From Minutocellus sp. GHC0000111 (Eukaryota), in NCBI GenBank assembly GCA_977018835.1, contig OZ361258.1:3534001-3598000 (forward strand): a stretch of DNA of 64,000 bases, read 5' to 3'. Both the position numbers and the translations under genes were made by a program. Under the pieces are notes generated by a model. That model saw only the letters and a list, made by a program, of their open reading frames with translations. It was not told the origin of the DNA and searched no databases. Shown one piece after another: positions 14,606 to 27,300 of this stretch (positions are counted from its first letter, which is position 1; the number at the start of each line of letters is the position of its first letter).

Positions 14606-15733
14606 ATGGTCAGCTTCACCTCTCCCGTCATCCAGGCCGTCGTCGCCGGCGCCCTCGCTACTCGCCGTTACGTCGTCTACGAGCCCTTCCTCACTGTCAG
14701 CGGAATCCATCGGATGAAGAAGGTCGAGATCCAGGATAAGCTCAGGTCACGTGGCATGCCTTCGTATGGCACTGCCGTCCTGCTCAAGAAGGAGCTGAAG
14801 CAGAGAGTCCTCATGGAGAAGCGCGGCCAGGCCGAGCGTCCCACTGTCAACGCCTTTGCCTGGAGGCGCGACGAAATCCGTTCCTTCCTAAGGGAGGCCG
14901 GGTGCATTGCCCCATCCAAGATGAGGAGGGAGGATATGCTCGAGCTGCTGATTGTTACTGTGGAGGAGGCCAAGCTCAAGCGGGAGCGTCGACTGCAGCA
15001 GGAGGTTGGCATCAACAATAACCTCTGGCGCAACAAGCGCTCTGTGGGTGACGTCAAGGAGGAGGACGGCGACAAGGAAGACGGGCGACCGGCCAAGCGC
15101 GTGCGCACCGGCCAGAAGTCCTACTCCGCGGTCGACGTCGTAACCATCATGACCAAGCCAGTGGTGGTCCCAGTCAAGACTATTTACTCCGGTGGCAAGT
15201 CTGCGGCCAAGACCGCCACGAAGGTTATCCGCCGCACCAAGATGACCATCCAGGACAGCGTCCGCGGTTACAACAGGTACCGCCTGGAGGGTGGCCGCAA
15301 AGCCCACAAGGCCAAGGTTGATACCGAGGCCAAGAACCTCCAAACGCTTCATAAGAATTACGGCAAGGCCATCATCCTTGGCATGTCCTCCTTCTGCGGC
15401 ATCGGCTTTGGTCCCAAGGGTATCAGCAAGGCCAAGGCCCAACGTATGGCCAAGGAAATTGAGAATGCTCGTCTTTGCCGCCCTCTCACTGATCCTGTCA
15501 TCAAGGGTTACTTTGGCCGTCTCGATGATATCGAGCGTCGTCTCAAGGAGGCTCACTTCAACGCTCGCAATGTCAACAACAAGACAACTCCTACTATCGA
15601 TAACCCCTTCTCCCGTCCCAATCGTCGTCGTGCCCGTGCCCTGATCAAGTTCAGCTCAAAGCCCAAGGGCTCTTCTTTCGGTATCCCTGGCCGGACGTTC
15701 ATTCCTGGAAAGGGAATTCTGAAGAAGGCTTGA
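14606..15733 (+). CDS. Highly basic protein with SAP-like and second HeH-like motifs and an NLS
   Basis: IHRMKKVEIQDKLRSRGMPSYGTAVLLKKEL is SAP-like; RRDEIRSFLREAG...MRREDMLELL; RPAKRVR NLS; intronless, biased codons; start 14606 chosen over 14489. Confidence 0.65.
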   Translation: MVSFTSPVIQAVVAGALATRRYVVYEPFLTVSGIHRMKKVEIQDKLRSRGMPSYGTAVLLKKELKQRVLMEKRGQAERPTVNAFAWRRDEIRSFLREAGCIAPSKMRREDMLELLIVTVEEAKLKRERRLQQEVGINNNLWRNKRSVGDVKEEDGDKEDGRPAKRVRTGQKSYSAVDVVTIMTKPVVVPVKTIYSGGKSAAKTATKVIRRTKMTIQDSVRGYNRYRLEGGRKAHKAKVDTEAKNLQTLHKNYGKAIILGMSSFCGIGFGPKGISKAKAQRMAKEIENARLCRPLTDPVIKGYFGRLDDIERRLKEAHFNARNVNNKTTPTIDNPFSRPNRRRARALIKFSSKPKGSSFGIPGRTFIPGKGILKKA

Positions 15734-16561
15734 ACTATATCGGCCTGAACGAAGGCCTGGTCCGAGCCATCGGCATTGCTCTATTTATTTCTTCACCTCT
15801 CATCAGTCACTACAAATCATTTATCCATTATTCATCATTTCTCATCCCTCACAACAATCACGAATACAACAAATTTCTCCTTCCACCCAATTCATTTTCA
15901 TCCATGTGTTTTGTTTTCACATAGTAGTTATTTCTTCCTTCTTTTCATTTTGTAACGTGGGCTCTCGTTGACAAGCAATGCAACCATGTCGGAGACGAAA
16001 AGGTCAGTATCGATCGTATCCTTATATTCAACATTAAGAGTGATACCTACAGCTGTTAGTTGGACATCCGAAACGTTCAGCGTCGATTGAAAGTCATGCC
16101 TAAGAGAAGTATGCTTTCCTTGCGACCCGCAACAAAGTATGGATTACCCTGACCTGGCTGGGGAATTGTATCCTCCGATCGCGTGAGCACCAAAGTAGTC
16201 TGTCCAGGGAAATCAACCACAAAGCCAATGCCAATGCACCAACCAAATCAATCGAGAGCTCGTGTTATGCTCGCGAATGATTGGAGACTTTTGAATATTA
16301 CATAAACGAAACGTTTTAGATGAAATTGAGTTGGGGCATGGAAAGTGTAGATTTATTTGTTATAACTGATGTTGTATGTGATGGATTGAGAAATGAAATG
16401 GTGGTGGTGGTGGTGGTGGTAATGGTGATAGTCTTCAGCGGCTCTTGGAGGAGGTGGTGGGGATTGGTCGCTCATCATCATGGTGGTAGCACAAACGAAA
16501 ACATAAACATTTAACCAAAATAAATTGATATCAAAGTAGATCTGCCCATATACTGCTTTAC

Positions 16562-16832
<271 letters not shown>

Positions 16833-16884
16833 GTCACAGACCATTCCCGTTGCATGAACAGCCCGCGTTGCTGGATGACTTCTT

Positions 16885-16975
16885 ATCGTAGCTTTGATGC
16901 CGCACTTGACGCCGGTGGGACACCAGTCGACGAATTTCATGGCCCGTTTGGTCTTGATGGTGGCGACGGTGTCAT
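16885..16975 (-). pseudogene. Alpha-tubulin internal fragment
   Basis: [24 protein letters not shown] versus [24 protein letters not shown] in the locus at 4774-4845. Confidence 0.88.
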
Positions 16976-17278
16976 ATTGATCCTCCCTGTTTGTTTTCAT
17001 CAGGCAAGAGAACATTATGAATCATACTTATATAATTAGAAGTTATTAAAATCTACCTTCACCCTTGAGGATTTATTCAACTTTCGCTTGGGCGCTTGGG
17101 TTCAAGTAGAATCTGTCAAATGCAGTGCTGCATTGTCTATATCGGCGTTTACAGTCCATTTTCAGTTCAGTTCATATCCTGTGTATCCATCCTTGCCTGC
17201 CGATGTATATTTACGTTGATAATCTAAGAAGATGGCTTTTCGCAATCGCAGTACGATTGTACCCACTTTTTTCTCAAT

Positions 17279-17968
17279 TTAAGTGCAGCAGTCAGTACTG
17301 GCATCCAAGATCTTCTCAAGGAGACCCTTCTTGTCGTCAGCCTCCTTCTTGCCCTCGCCCTCATCATCAATGGCGGCCGATGCCATTTCTTCAGTGGGAG
17401 CCTCGGACTCGGTCTCCTTTTCTGTGCCGTCGTCTTTTTTGCCATCTTCTACATCGGTATCCTCCCAATCGGCATCATCGAGCTCATCCAAATCGACAGG
17501 GCCGTCACCTCGTCGCTTTGATACAGGCTCGGGGGGTTCCTCCTTCTCTTCGGTCGGCTCTGCCGGGGCGTCTGCCTCCTCCTTCTCCACGGTCGGCTCT
17601 GCCGGGGCCCCTTCCTTGTCTTTCGCATCTTCGGCCTTTTCGGGCTCATCGGCCGCCTCCTTGGGCTCATCTTCCTTCGCAGATTCTTCTTCCGCCTCCT
17701 TCTGTTCCGATTCCTCTGCCTCTCCGGCAGGCTTTCCCTCTGCTTGCTCTTCAGCAGGCTTCTCCTCCACCACTTCCTCAGATTGTTCCTTAGGCTCTTC
17801 CTCCTTGGTTGGTTTCTCCGGACTGCTCTCCTTGGCACCTACAGCCATCGCGGCATTCGCACCACAGGCCGCGGCCGCTTTGGCGGTGGGAGATTCGGGC
17901 TCCCCCTTGGTCTTTTCCTGCTCCTCCTTCTTGGCCTTCTTGAGGAACGCTAAAGCTCCGGACGGCAT
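17279..17968 (-). CDS. Acidic Glu/Lys/Pro-rich low-complexity protein ending ...DCCT
   Basis: Open frame from MPSGALAF; internal APAEPTxEKEE repeats; terminal di-Cys could be lipidated. Confidence 0.7.
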   Translation of the reverse strand: MPSGALAFLKKAKKEEQEKTKGEPESPTAKAAAACGANAAMAVGAKESSPEKPTKEEEPKEQSEEVVEEKPAEEQAEGKPAGEAEESEQKEAEEESAKEDEPKEAADEPEKAEDAKDKEGAPAEPTVEKEEADAPAEPTEEKEEPPEPVSKRRGDGPVDLDELDDADWEDTDVEDGKKDDGTEKETESEAPTEEMASAAIDDEGEGKKEADDKKGLLEKILDASTDCCT

Positions 17969-18522
17969 GGTTGCAGTTGGTATGTGCGTGATACGTAGTG
18001 AACTTGATGCCTGCGGTCGGATGGAGTGAACATCTGGTGGTGTCGGAGAAGGAGAGGAAAGATATGTTGCTTGCCCATTTTCTTCGAATGTTCGAGCCAA
18101 ATTGGTCAAACATATGTCGAGCGAGTCGAATATTTATGTGAAGAAAGAACCTCTGTACCTAATTAGGGGTGTGCACGAGGCAAGTGACGTCAAGTCCGCT
18201 TGAATTCCCTCTCTTCTCTAGCAATTATTAGTAGAACTACTCTCTAGCTACCGCCACTTGTGTGTGAGAGAGCTTTTTTGCAGGAATCCTACAGTATGCG
18301 TAGATACATGACATGTACAGTACAACTTGTAGAGATTTATAACAATCTCCTTTGCAGCAGCTTGTGACGATGAGGGTGTGTACTTTTCGACACACACATG
18401 CCTTGTTTTCAGTGCATTCTTTGCTGATTTGATGTGCATGTAGTATAAGTTGATACGTATATTATGTAGACGTCTACTCTAGGATGGACCAACGACCCCC
18501 AGTTCCCCTTCATTATTCATTA

Positions 18523-19425
18523 TTATTCTAGAAAGGAGAAGCTCTTATCGTCGGCGCTGGAAAATGATGAGTTGGGAGAAAAGTCAAAACCAAGGGCTGA
18601 GACATTCGATTCATCACTTGCCCTCTTCTTTCGAAAGGCTACAATTGATTCGGAGTTGCCGGTGCCCGCAGGTGGATCTGCTGCCAGCTTGTTCTTGATC
18701 AATTGCCTCTCTATGCTGGCCAGGCTTCTCATGCTATCCCTACGAGAACCTCTGCGTTGATTCTTCCGCTGCTTGGCTGTAGATGTCGTTGGCTTGGTTG
18801 TACAGCCGATGCGATTTTTTGTCAGGCGCCGTTCTATGCTGGCGAGAGATTGCAGGCTATCCCTCCTGCGCTGTCGTGCTCTGGTCTTGCGGGTAAGAGA
18901 TATCGTTGTCGAGCTTGGCCATGGAGCTGACGAAAATGTCATCGACCTTCTCATCGTCATGAATGCGCCTAGGTGGCGAGTGCCTGCCTGCTGTGTCCTT
19001 GAATGGATTTGGCGACATGACATCCGAACTCCTCCTTATGGCGATGCTTTCGTTGAGCTTGTGCCTGTACAGCTCATTCACTCGACGTATTTATTACCGC
19101 CTCTGCCACTTGCTTCCTCAAAGCTGCCGCTGTCGTCGCTTATCTCCTCGCTTCGGAGTGCGGCAAGATTCAGGCCCTTCAGAACGCTGTCGCTTGCGGA
19201 CGCGACCTTGTCCTTCAGGGAATATCTCTGACTGCTTCTGGCGTTGCGTGCGTTATTGTTGTTGCTGCTACTACTACTACTACTATTGCTGTTTCGAAAG
19301 GATAGGCTGGAGCTCATCATTTCTCGGATACTACCGCTACTACTCAAGCGAGCACTCGTTGTGGCGACGTCGGTGGAGCTCCTCTGCTTTTTCGCAAAGA
19401 TGCTTGGGAGAGATATGGACGACAT
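18523..19425 (-). pseudogene. Ser-rich hypothetical protein split over three frames (shifts near 19090 and 18897)
   Basis: Consecutive ORFs 19078-19425, 18857-19081 and 18523-19023 join with single-base additions; repeated RRDSxxSLASIER motif. Confidence 0.55.
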
Positions 19426-19877
19426 GGCTGTTTGTTGCGAGTTTATAAATGAATATGGATGTGACGCTGGTTGATTTCAATGATGTGAGGGATTATCTTG
19501 TGTGGCTTTTTTCTGTGTGAGGCTTGCTTTCCGATGAATTCGATTCGATTCGATTCATTCGGATTCGATTCGATCTCGTGCGGGCCGATGTATTTATTCA
19601 CGGTCAATAAGGCCAGGTTTGCGCATCGTATGCGCGGCAATTTAGGCTTCTTTTTCAACGTGCTACAAATAAATGTCAAAATGTCACCGGAGGAAGCAAC
19701 TCTCGTGAGGCTCAAGCCTTGCTTGGTTGGTGCCGCCGCGAATTCGAAGGTCATTTTGTACCTTGTGCGTCTTATTTCGCCGACGCCATCTGCTTTACAA
19801 TAGCCCTCTCTCGACCGTACAAAAAGGGAAAATAATACGGCCAACCTCCCACGTATCGACAAAGCCCGCCCGACGAA

Positions 19878-20146
19878 TCACCTCCATGAGAACGGCGGAG
19901 AGTTGAAATCCCCGCACAGTACGATTTGGGAGAAAGGAACGATGTCGGTTTTGGGAGTACTATTGGTAGATCTGTGGGCAGTACTAGTAGTTGATGATGT
20001 TTGTGATAACGATCGGAGAAAGGCAACCAACTCCATCGCCTGCTCATTCTGTTCTCCGCCGGAGTGACATCCAAGATGGGTATTGACCACCCAAATTGCA
20101 CGCTTGGACGCACTTTGCTGTTTCTTGGCATCATGTGATGAGGATG

Positions 20147-20187
<41 letters not shown>

Positions 20188-20966
20188 GACGACGATGATG
20201 GCAATAGAATCAATCATGCTTGGGCATTCCTCAGCGTCTTCCTCTTGTATCGTTTGTAGCGATGGATCCGGGTCTCCACTATGGGCAGCTGCGACAATAT
20301 GGCTCTTCCAAACTTCCCCATTTCCGCCACCACATGATGATCGTCGTTGGGATCGCCGTGCCGCTCGTGACATCTGCCCCTGGCAACGCTCGCTATGGCC
20401 GGGGCGAAGGAGACGTGATAGTTATCGCAGCTCCCTCTACTAGAAGAAGCGGCAGCAAGTCCATCGGCAATTAATTGCGGCTGGTCGTCGGCATGCGGCG
20501 CCGACCATATCCTGGTCCGGATGGGACGTCGTTCATCATCATCACCACCATCATCATCGACATCACCAATATGATAAGTGCTCCTGCTACGACGCTGTCT
20601 TGCCCGCGCTCCGTTCGATTCGATCTCCTGGAGGGACACGATGGTGAATGGCGTAGCAGTAGATGCAGAGCAGGTACTTGTAGCCGATGCAGACACCGTT
20701 GCTTCGCATGCAGACACAGACGCGGCGGCGGCAAGCACGTCGACGATGCGCTGGGGGGAGTAGACTCCGTCGGTGCCGATGCAGGAGTGGACGTTGTACG
20801 ACAGGACCTGAAGGTGGAGGCTGCCGCTGCTGCTGGGCAAGGCCGAGGGAGTCGTCGTCGGCGTGGGCTCCATGGCCAGCCGTAAACTTTGTCTCACTGC
20901 ATGATAGAATTGAAGAATGAGCCCATCGCAATCTTCAGATGTCTTTGGATCTTTTGCTCGACTCAC
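19878..20966 (-). pseudogene. Endonuclease/exonuclease/phosphatase (EEP) family protein with an in-frame TGA at 20214-20216; C-terminus not found
   Basis: VLSYNVHSCIG, SLQEIE, FGRAILSQLP, VVNTHLG and LCGDFN motifs lie in one frame across the stop. Confidence 0.8.
20136..20200 (+). repeat. (GAT)n microsatellite encoding poly-Ser on the minus strand
   Basis: Seen directly. Confidence 0.9.
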
Positions 20967-22682
20967 TCGACTGCCGTGTCAAGAACTAAAGGGTCATTGG
21001 TCCACACGCTACCGCCCAAAAGCAAAGGGCGAAATCGAAAGCAAGGAAGGCCAAGTGTTGGAAGTATCGATTGGCGATTACTTTATTTGTTCATTTAGAA
21101 AGCCCCCGTAGTATGTGGTGTCAAACCGTATCTTTTGGCTACCTAGGTATGACATGCTCCCATATTTTGCGTGATGTTTAGCATTACTAACATTAAGCTT
21201 AGCGAGTACAAGATACCGCTCATAGACCAGTATACCTACGTACCCTGTGTCTAGCGACCTTCGTATCTCGTCTTTTCAACACAACACGCAAAATACCGGA
21301 TCGATCGCGCGAGAGACCCGACACAAACAAACACGCGCATCTCCCCCCGTTCCCCCGCACCGACGTTGCAATGGTGAGGAACGTGAAAACTGAACCAGGC
21401 GCCAAGGCGCCCAAGACCGGCCAGCAGCAGCAGCAGCAGCGCTCCGGCAACGCCGCGCAGCGCGGCAGGAAGCAATATGCCACGTCGTCCAAGTTCGCTG
21501 GAGCCACCGAAGCGCTCGCGGACGTCATCTTCGACATCGGCCGGGACTCGCAGTCCAAGTGGACCAACGCACACCATGAGCTCGAGGAGTATGCTCTGAG
21601 GGCCCAGGTCTTCGACAACCCGCTCTTCATGGCACAGTGCATCAAGGATCTGATCCAGTACAAGGAGAAGATCCCGCCCATGCCAGATTTCGATAATATC
21701 AAGCAGTGCGAGGAGNNNNNNNNNNNNNNNNNNNNNNNNNNNNNNNNNNNNNNNNNNNNNNNNNNNNNNNNNNNNNNNNNNNNNNNNNNNNNNNNNNNNN
21801 NNNNNNNNNNNNNNNNNNNNNNNNNNNNNNNNNNNNNNNNNNNNNNNNNNNNNNNNNNNNNNNNNNNNNNNNNNNNNNNNNNNNNNNNNNNNNNNNNNNN
21901 NNNNNNNNNNNNNNNATCTTTTGCTCGACTCACTCGACTGCCGTGTCAAGAACTAAAGGGTCATTGGTCCACACGCTACCGCCCAAAAGCAAAGGGCGAA
22001 ATCGAAAGCAAGGAAGGCCAAGTGTTGGAAGTATCGATTGGCGATTACTTTATTTGTTCATTTAGAAAGCCCCCGTAGTATGTGGTGTCAAACCGTATCT
22101 TTTGGCTACCTAGGTATGACATGCTCCCATATTTTGCGTGATGTTTAGCATTACTAACATTAAGCTTAGCGAGTACAAGATACCGCTCATAGACCAGTAT
22201 ACCTACGTACCCTGTGTCTAGCGACCTTCGTATCTCGTCTTTTCAACACAACACGCAAAATACCGGATCGATCGCGCGAGAGACCCGACACAAACAAACA
22301 CGCGCATCTCCCCCCGTTCCCCCGCACCGACGTTGCAATGGTGAGGAACGTGAAAACTGAACCAGGCGCCAAGGCGCCCAAGACCGGCCAGCAGCAGCAG
22401 CAGCAGCGCTCCGGCAACGCCGCGCAGCGCGGCAGGAAGCAATATGCCACGTCGTCCAAGTTCGCTGGAGCCACCGAAGCGCTCGCGGACGTCATCTTCG
22501 ACATCGGCCGGGACTCGCAGTCCAAGTGGACCAACGCACACCATGAGCTCGAGGAGTATGCTCTGAGGGCCCAGGTCTTCGACAACCCGCTCTTCATGGC
22601 ACAGTGCATCAAGGATCTGATCCAGTACAAGGAGAAGATCCCGCCCATGCCAGATTTCGATAATATCAAGCAGTGCGAGGAG
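20949..22682. other. Assembly gap (200 N, 21716-21915) flanked by a 767-bp duplicate (20949-21715 = 21916-22682); probable unmerged contig overlap
   Basis: Copies look identical and end or start exactly at the gap edges; offset 967 = 767 + 200. Confidence 0.9.
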
Positions 22683-23977
22683 GACGGCGTCACCGTCAAG
22701 ACCGACACCAGCGGCAACACAAGCTGGAGTTCGACGACGGAGTCGAGGACGGAGATCTCGTCAGGGTCCCATCCTTCGCCGTGTACGACCGAGCCACAGG
22801 AGACGTATTGCTGCGCTTCCATCAGGACAATAGAGGCCTGTGCTCATGCACTGTCGACCCAAGAGAAGACGAGCAGGTACATGTGGCGGTGGGCGACTCA
22901 CAGCTGGAGGGCCGGGTAACGCCAGCGCCCCGATCGAGTTCTTTTCAGGCCCAGACGCCACTCTTGCAGCCAACTATCTCTTTGAGACGGATGATGCGGC
23001 AGAGAAGCTCTCGCCGCAGAAGGCCAAGCGTTTTTACACCCACGTGATGCAGGGTATGTGGCTGGCCAAGCGCGGAAGGCCCGACGCGTTGTTGCCCGTA
23101 GCCTACCTGTCCACCAGAGTCAAGAACCCCGACGTCAATGACTGGAAGAAGCTCGGGAGGCTCATGCGATACTTCGAGGCCACCAAGGATCTGCCCCCCT
23201 GACCCTCGAGGGAGGCAAGCTCGACGTCGTCAAGTGGTACGTCGATGCTTCATTCGCCGTCCACAACGACATGAAGAGCCATACCGGAGCCATGATGACC
23301 TTGGGGAAGGGTTGTGCGTACGCCGCCTCCAGCAAGCACAAGATCAACGCCAAGAGCTCGACCGAAGCGGAAACGGTCAGCGCCAGTGACATTCTCCCCC
23401 AGCTCATCTGGACCAAGAATTTCATCGAGGCCCAAGGATGTGACATGGGCCCTCCCATTCTATACCAAGACAATCAGAGCGCTATCAAGCTCGAGTCCAA
23501 TGGCATTGCCTCCGCCGGCAAGCGTTCGAGGCACATGAACACCCGCTACTTCTTCATAGCTGAGAAGGTGGCCAACAAGGAGGTATTGACATCCTGCTGT
23601 CCCACCGACGACATGGTAGCCGATTTCTTTACCAAGCCCCTCCAGGGCTCCAAGTTTCTACGTTTCCGAGACACGATTCTCAACGTTCAAGGTTCCCAAT
23701 ACAATGTGACCTAATCCTCACCGATCATTGAATTAACACCGGTTAGGATTACAGGAGTGTGTTGGAAGTGTCGATTGGCGATTACTTTATTTGTTCATTT
23801 AGAAAGCCCCCGTAGTATGTGGTGTCAAACCGTATCTTTTGGCTATGACATGCTCCCATATTTTGCGTGTTGTTTAGCATTACTAACATTAAGCTTAGCG
23901 AGTACAAGATGCCGCTCATAGACCAGTATACCTACGTACCCTGTGTCTTGCGACCTTCGTATCTCGTCTTTTCAACA
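22023..23977 (+). mobile_element. Internally deleted Ty1/Copia (CoDi-like) LTR retrotransposon; 5' LTR 22023-22248 (duplicate at 21056-21281), 3' LTR 23760-23977; TSD CCAAG
   Basis: LTRs TGTTG...CAACA; CCAAG on both flanks; purine-rich tract before the 3' LTR; gag-like start at 22338; KRGRPD (RT end); WYVDASFAVHNDMKSHTG, STEAE, YQDNQSAI and ADFFTKPLQG (Copia RNase H). Confidence 0.95.
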
Positions 23978-24341
23978 CCAAGGCCGAGCCAAGAGCCGAG
24001 AGATGTGGCCGCCTCTTTGATCAGATCCCTCCCGACCTTGCAAGCAACCTGGCAACTGACCGATCGGCGGGTTTTTACAAGTCGAGAACGAGCTTGGTTC
24101 GCCAGTGCGGTGGGGTACCTAGGCCTACCTTGCGGCAGAGGTTTGACGGGCAGCAGCGGCAGCAAGCGGCCGACACCAAAATTAATTTTTGTCGAGCCGA
24201 AGGTCAGCAGAGAAAGAATTGGACTGGGGCAGGCAGTCAGTTCCATCCATCCACCACTCCTGGAGCGCAACAACGCCCAGCAACAAACCAATCACCACCA
24301 ATATCAACAAACCAGCTAACAACAAGCCACAACCAACAAAA

Positions 24342-27300
24342 ATGGGGATCCCGGGACTCCTTCCCCTCCTTGCGCCCATCGCCCGTCCGGTGTCCCTCGA
24401 GAGATATCGCGGCCTGACGGCCGCGGTCGATGCCATGGCGTGGCTGCACCGGGGCATCTATGCGGGGGACGTTCGGACCCTGGCGCACGCGCAGCACGCC
24501 GCTTGGTACCACGAGGAGGTGGTGGGGGCTGCGAGGAGGAGAGGCGGTGGTGGTGATTATGGCGATGACGGGAGATATCAACAGCAGCGGCGGCGGCAGC
24601 AGCGGCGGCAATATGATGATGATGGCGGCGGATCGGGAGATGCAGCGGCCGAGGCGATAGCAGCAGCTACTGGTATAGCAGAAGTAGAGGAGGAGGAGGC
24701 GGGGCTGGGGCCGTCCCGTCGGATCGACTTTGATCGGGTCGCCGAACCTCCTGCGGTCGCCGCTCTGCCGGACCCTCGTCCCGCCCGCTCCCAGCGAGCG
24801 GCAGCAGCAGCTGCAGCACCATCCTCATCCCAAGCCGCCGCCGAGCAGGCCACCGAGGCCATCCTCTCCTACACCCTCCGCCAGTGCTCCGCCCTCCTCA
24901 CCCGCTACGGCCTGTCGTCCGTCCTCCTCGTCATCGACGGTGATTCCCTCCCGTCCAAGACTGCGACCAACTCCACCCGGTCGGACGATCGACGGAGGTA
25001 TTATCGGGAGGCCAGGGAGGCGGAAGATAGGGGGGAGAGCAGCAGGGTGGTGCGCAAGCTGTACGCCCAGAGCTGTGGGATTACCCACGAGATGAGGAGG
25101 GGATTGGTGGAGCGGGTGAGGAGGGAGCAGCGGAAGGTGCAGATGCGGCAGATGCAGCAGCAGCAGAATATGCAGCAGCAGAGGGGTGGTGGAAATAATG
25201 GTGGTAGCGGCACCATCGACTGCCTCGTCGCACCCTACGAAGCCGACGCGCAGATGGCCCAGCTGGCCCACGCCGGCATCGTCGACGTGGTGATTACCGA
25301 GGATTCCGATCTGTTGGCCTACGGGTGTCCCCGGGTGGTATTCAAGGTCGACGTCGCCGAGGGACGGGGGCAGGAGATCCAGCTTCTGAGGGATTTGGCC
25401 TCCATGGGGGCTGCATCTGCATTTGCATCTGCATCTGGGTCTGGGGGCATTGGGGATATTGGCGGCGGTGGCGGCGGTGGTAGGAGTGGTCGTGGGCGTA
25501 CTGCTACTGCTGCCGCCGGTGGAGGGGGCAATCGGTCGTCGTCCGCCCTGTCGTTCCAGAACTGGACCCACGACATGTTCGTGTACATGTGCATACTGAG
25601 CGGGTGCGACTACTGCGCCGGGGTGCCCGGGGTGGGCATCCGGACGGCCCACAAGCTGGTTCGGATGTACCGGACCCCGGTCAGGATCTTCAGGGCCCTC
25701 CGGGCGGCGGGACGGATGCCCCGGCCGGTGGAAGTGGAAGTGGTGGCTCGTCGGCGCCCCAGGGATGGGACTGCCGCTAGTACTTCTAGTAGTAGTACCA
25801 CCACCATTAGCTTCGAGGAGAGCTTCTGGACGGCCTATCGGACCTTCCGCCACCAGACGGTGTACAATCCCGCGACGGGGAGGGCGGAGCCGCTCCTGCC
25901 CATCGTGGAGGTGGCCAGTACCGCGGCGCCGGATTGGGATGCCGTCGGACCGATGATGGGGGATGATATGGCAAGGGGCATCGCCACGGGACGGATCCAT
26001 CCCGCTCAGCGGATTCCCTGGGAGGCGGTCCTGGCGGCCGCTAGTAGGGCCGCGGCGGCCAGGACGAGGCCCGGGGGGGACTCACTCTTGGCTACAACTA
26101 CTGCCACTGCCGACCAACCCCTTGCTTCGAGGAGTCGCCATCAACTTTCCAGTGATCCCGCCAATCGTAACTCTCCAAACAGTACAGGGAGGAGGGCAAG
26201 ACGGGCGCTGGCCAATTCCAAGGATCTGTTTCGATTCTTTGCGCGCAAGCCGAAAGGGTCCGGTAGCAGCGGTACCGGTGATGATTCTCCCCGTGCATCT
26301 CCATCGAGCCGTAGTAGCGGTAGGAATAGACCGCCTCTTCGAGAGATCTTTGTCAACAGCAATGGAAGTGATGTTGACCACAATGGGCTCAAGAATGGCA
26401 ATTTGCCACGGCCAGTAGCAGCTTCCGTTACCAACCAACGAGAAAAGAGCGCCCGCACTGGTGGAGGAGGTCACCAGCCCATCCCCATTCACTTTGGGGA
26501 CTACTCCACCGCCTTGGTCGGTACCGCATTCCAGCCCTTGTCCCGGCAGAATAAGCGGACAGATACCAGCGCTTCGGGTGGGCTCGCCAGCCGCAACATA
26601 TCCCGTGCCGTCCAGTGCCTCAAGGCCAATGCAGCGAAGGCCCGGGTAATTAAATATCGAGGGAGGAGGAGCCCAAAGGCGAGTGAGGGCAATGCCATCG
26701 GAAGGGCGGGTGGTGAGCGCCACGACGATGGTGATATGTCATCTTTTCGTCTGGTCCCTGAAGCTAGTAGTCAACCCGTTCAGTCCGCTCAGTCCGCGCC
26801 TGAGGACCTACTAGCCCTAGGACACCGCAAGGACAATGAGGGCACTTACGATCACGTTTACGGTCGGTCTAACCTGGATGCTCATCAAAATTACGACTGC
26901 AACCAATGCCTAGGAGGGGAGGACGCGTCTCAATACCATTCTCGGGCCGCACTAGATGGTGGGTCTGTGGACGGAACTGCCTTTGGAGTCGACGGAATTC
27001 TGCCGCACAACGAGACTGACGATTATTACGACAGCCGTTCCAAAGGAGAGATGTGCGGTGGATACGACCAGCCATTCCTCGAGTACGATTGGTCCGAGGG
27101 ACTTGAGTACGAAGATGGGGCAGACTGCGGCGCAGCCCATAGGGAAGGAACCGCACGGGTAGAGCAAGAGGAATTGCCAGTCCACTCCCAGCATGGACAT
27201 CAATTCAAGGACAAAGAGGCACTGGGTTATGATGGACAAGACGAGGATCGCGAAAAACTCCAACGAGAAGCTTTCGAAGAAGATTTGCAGGGAGACATTA

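Noticed and set aside
16120..16225. Possible fourth tubulin remnant (TGCGACCCG...GTAGTC)
   Set aside because: Similarity too weak to support by eye
20214..20216. In-frame TGA in the EEP gene as selenocysteine or readthrough
   Set aside because: Not a redox motif, no SECIS recognised, and the C-terminal EEP motifs are also missing; a nonsense mutation is simpler
20949..22682. Apparent tandem Copia with three LTRs
   Set aside because: The duplicate includes non-element flank, appears identical and ends exactly at a 200-N gap; best explained as an assembly overlap
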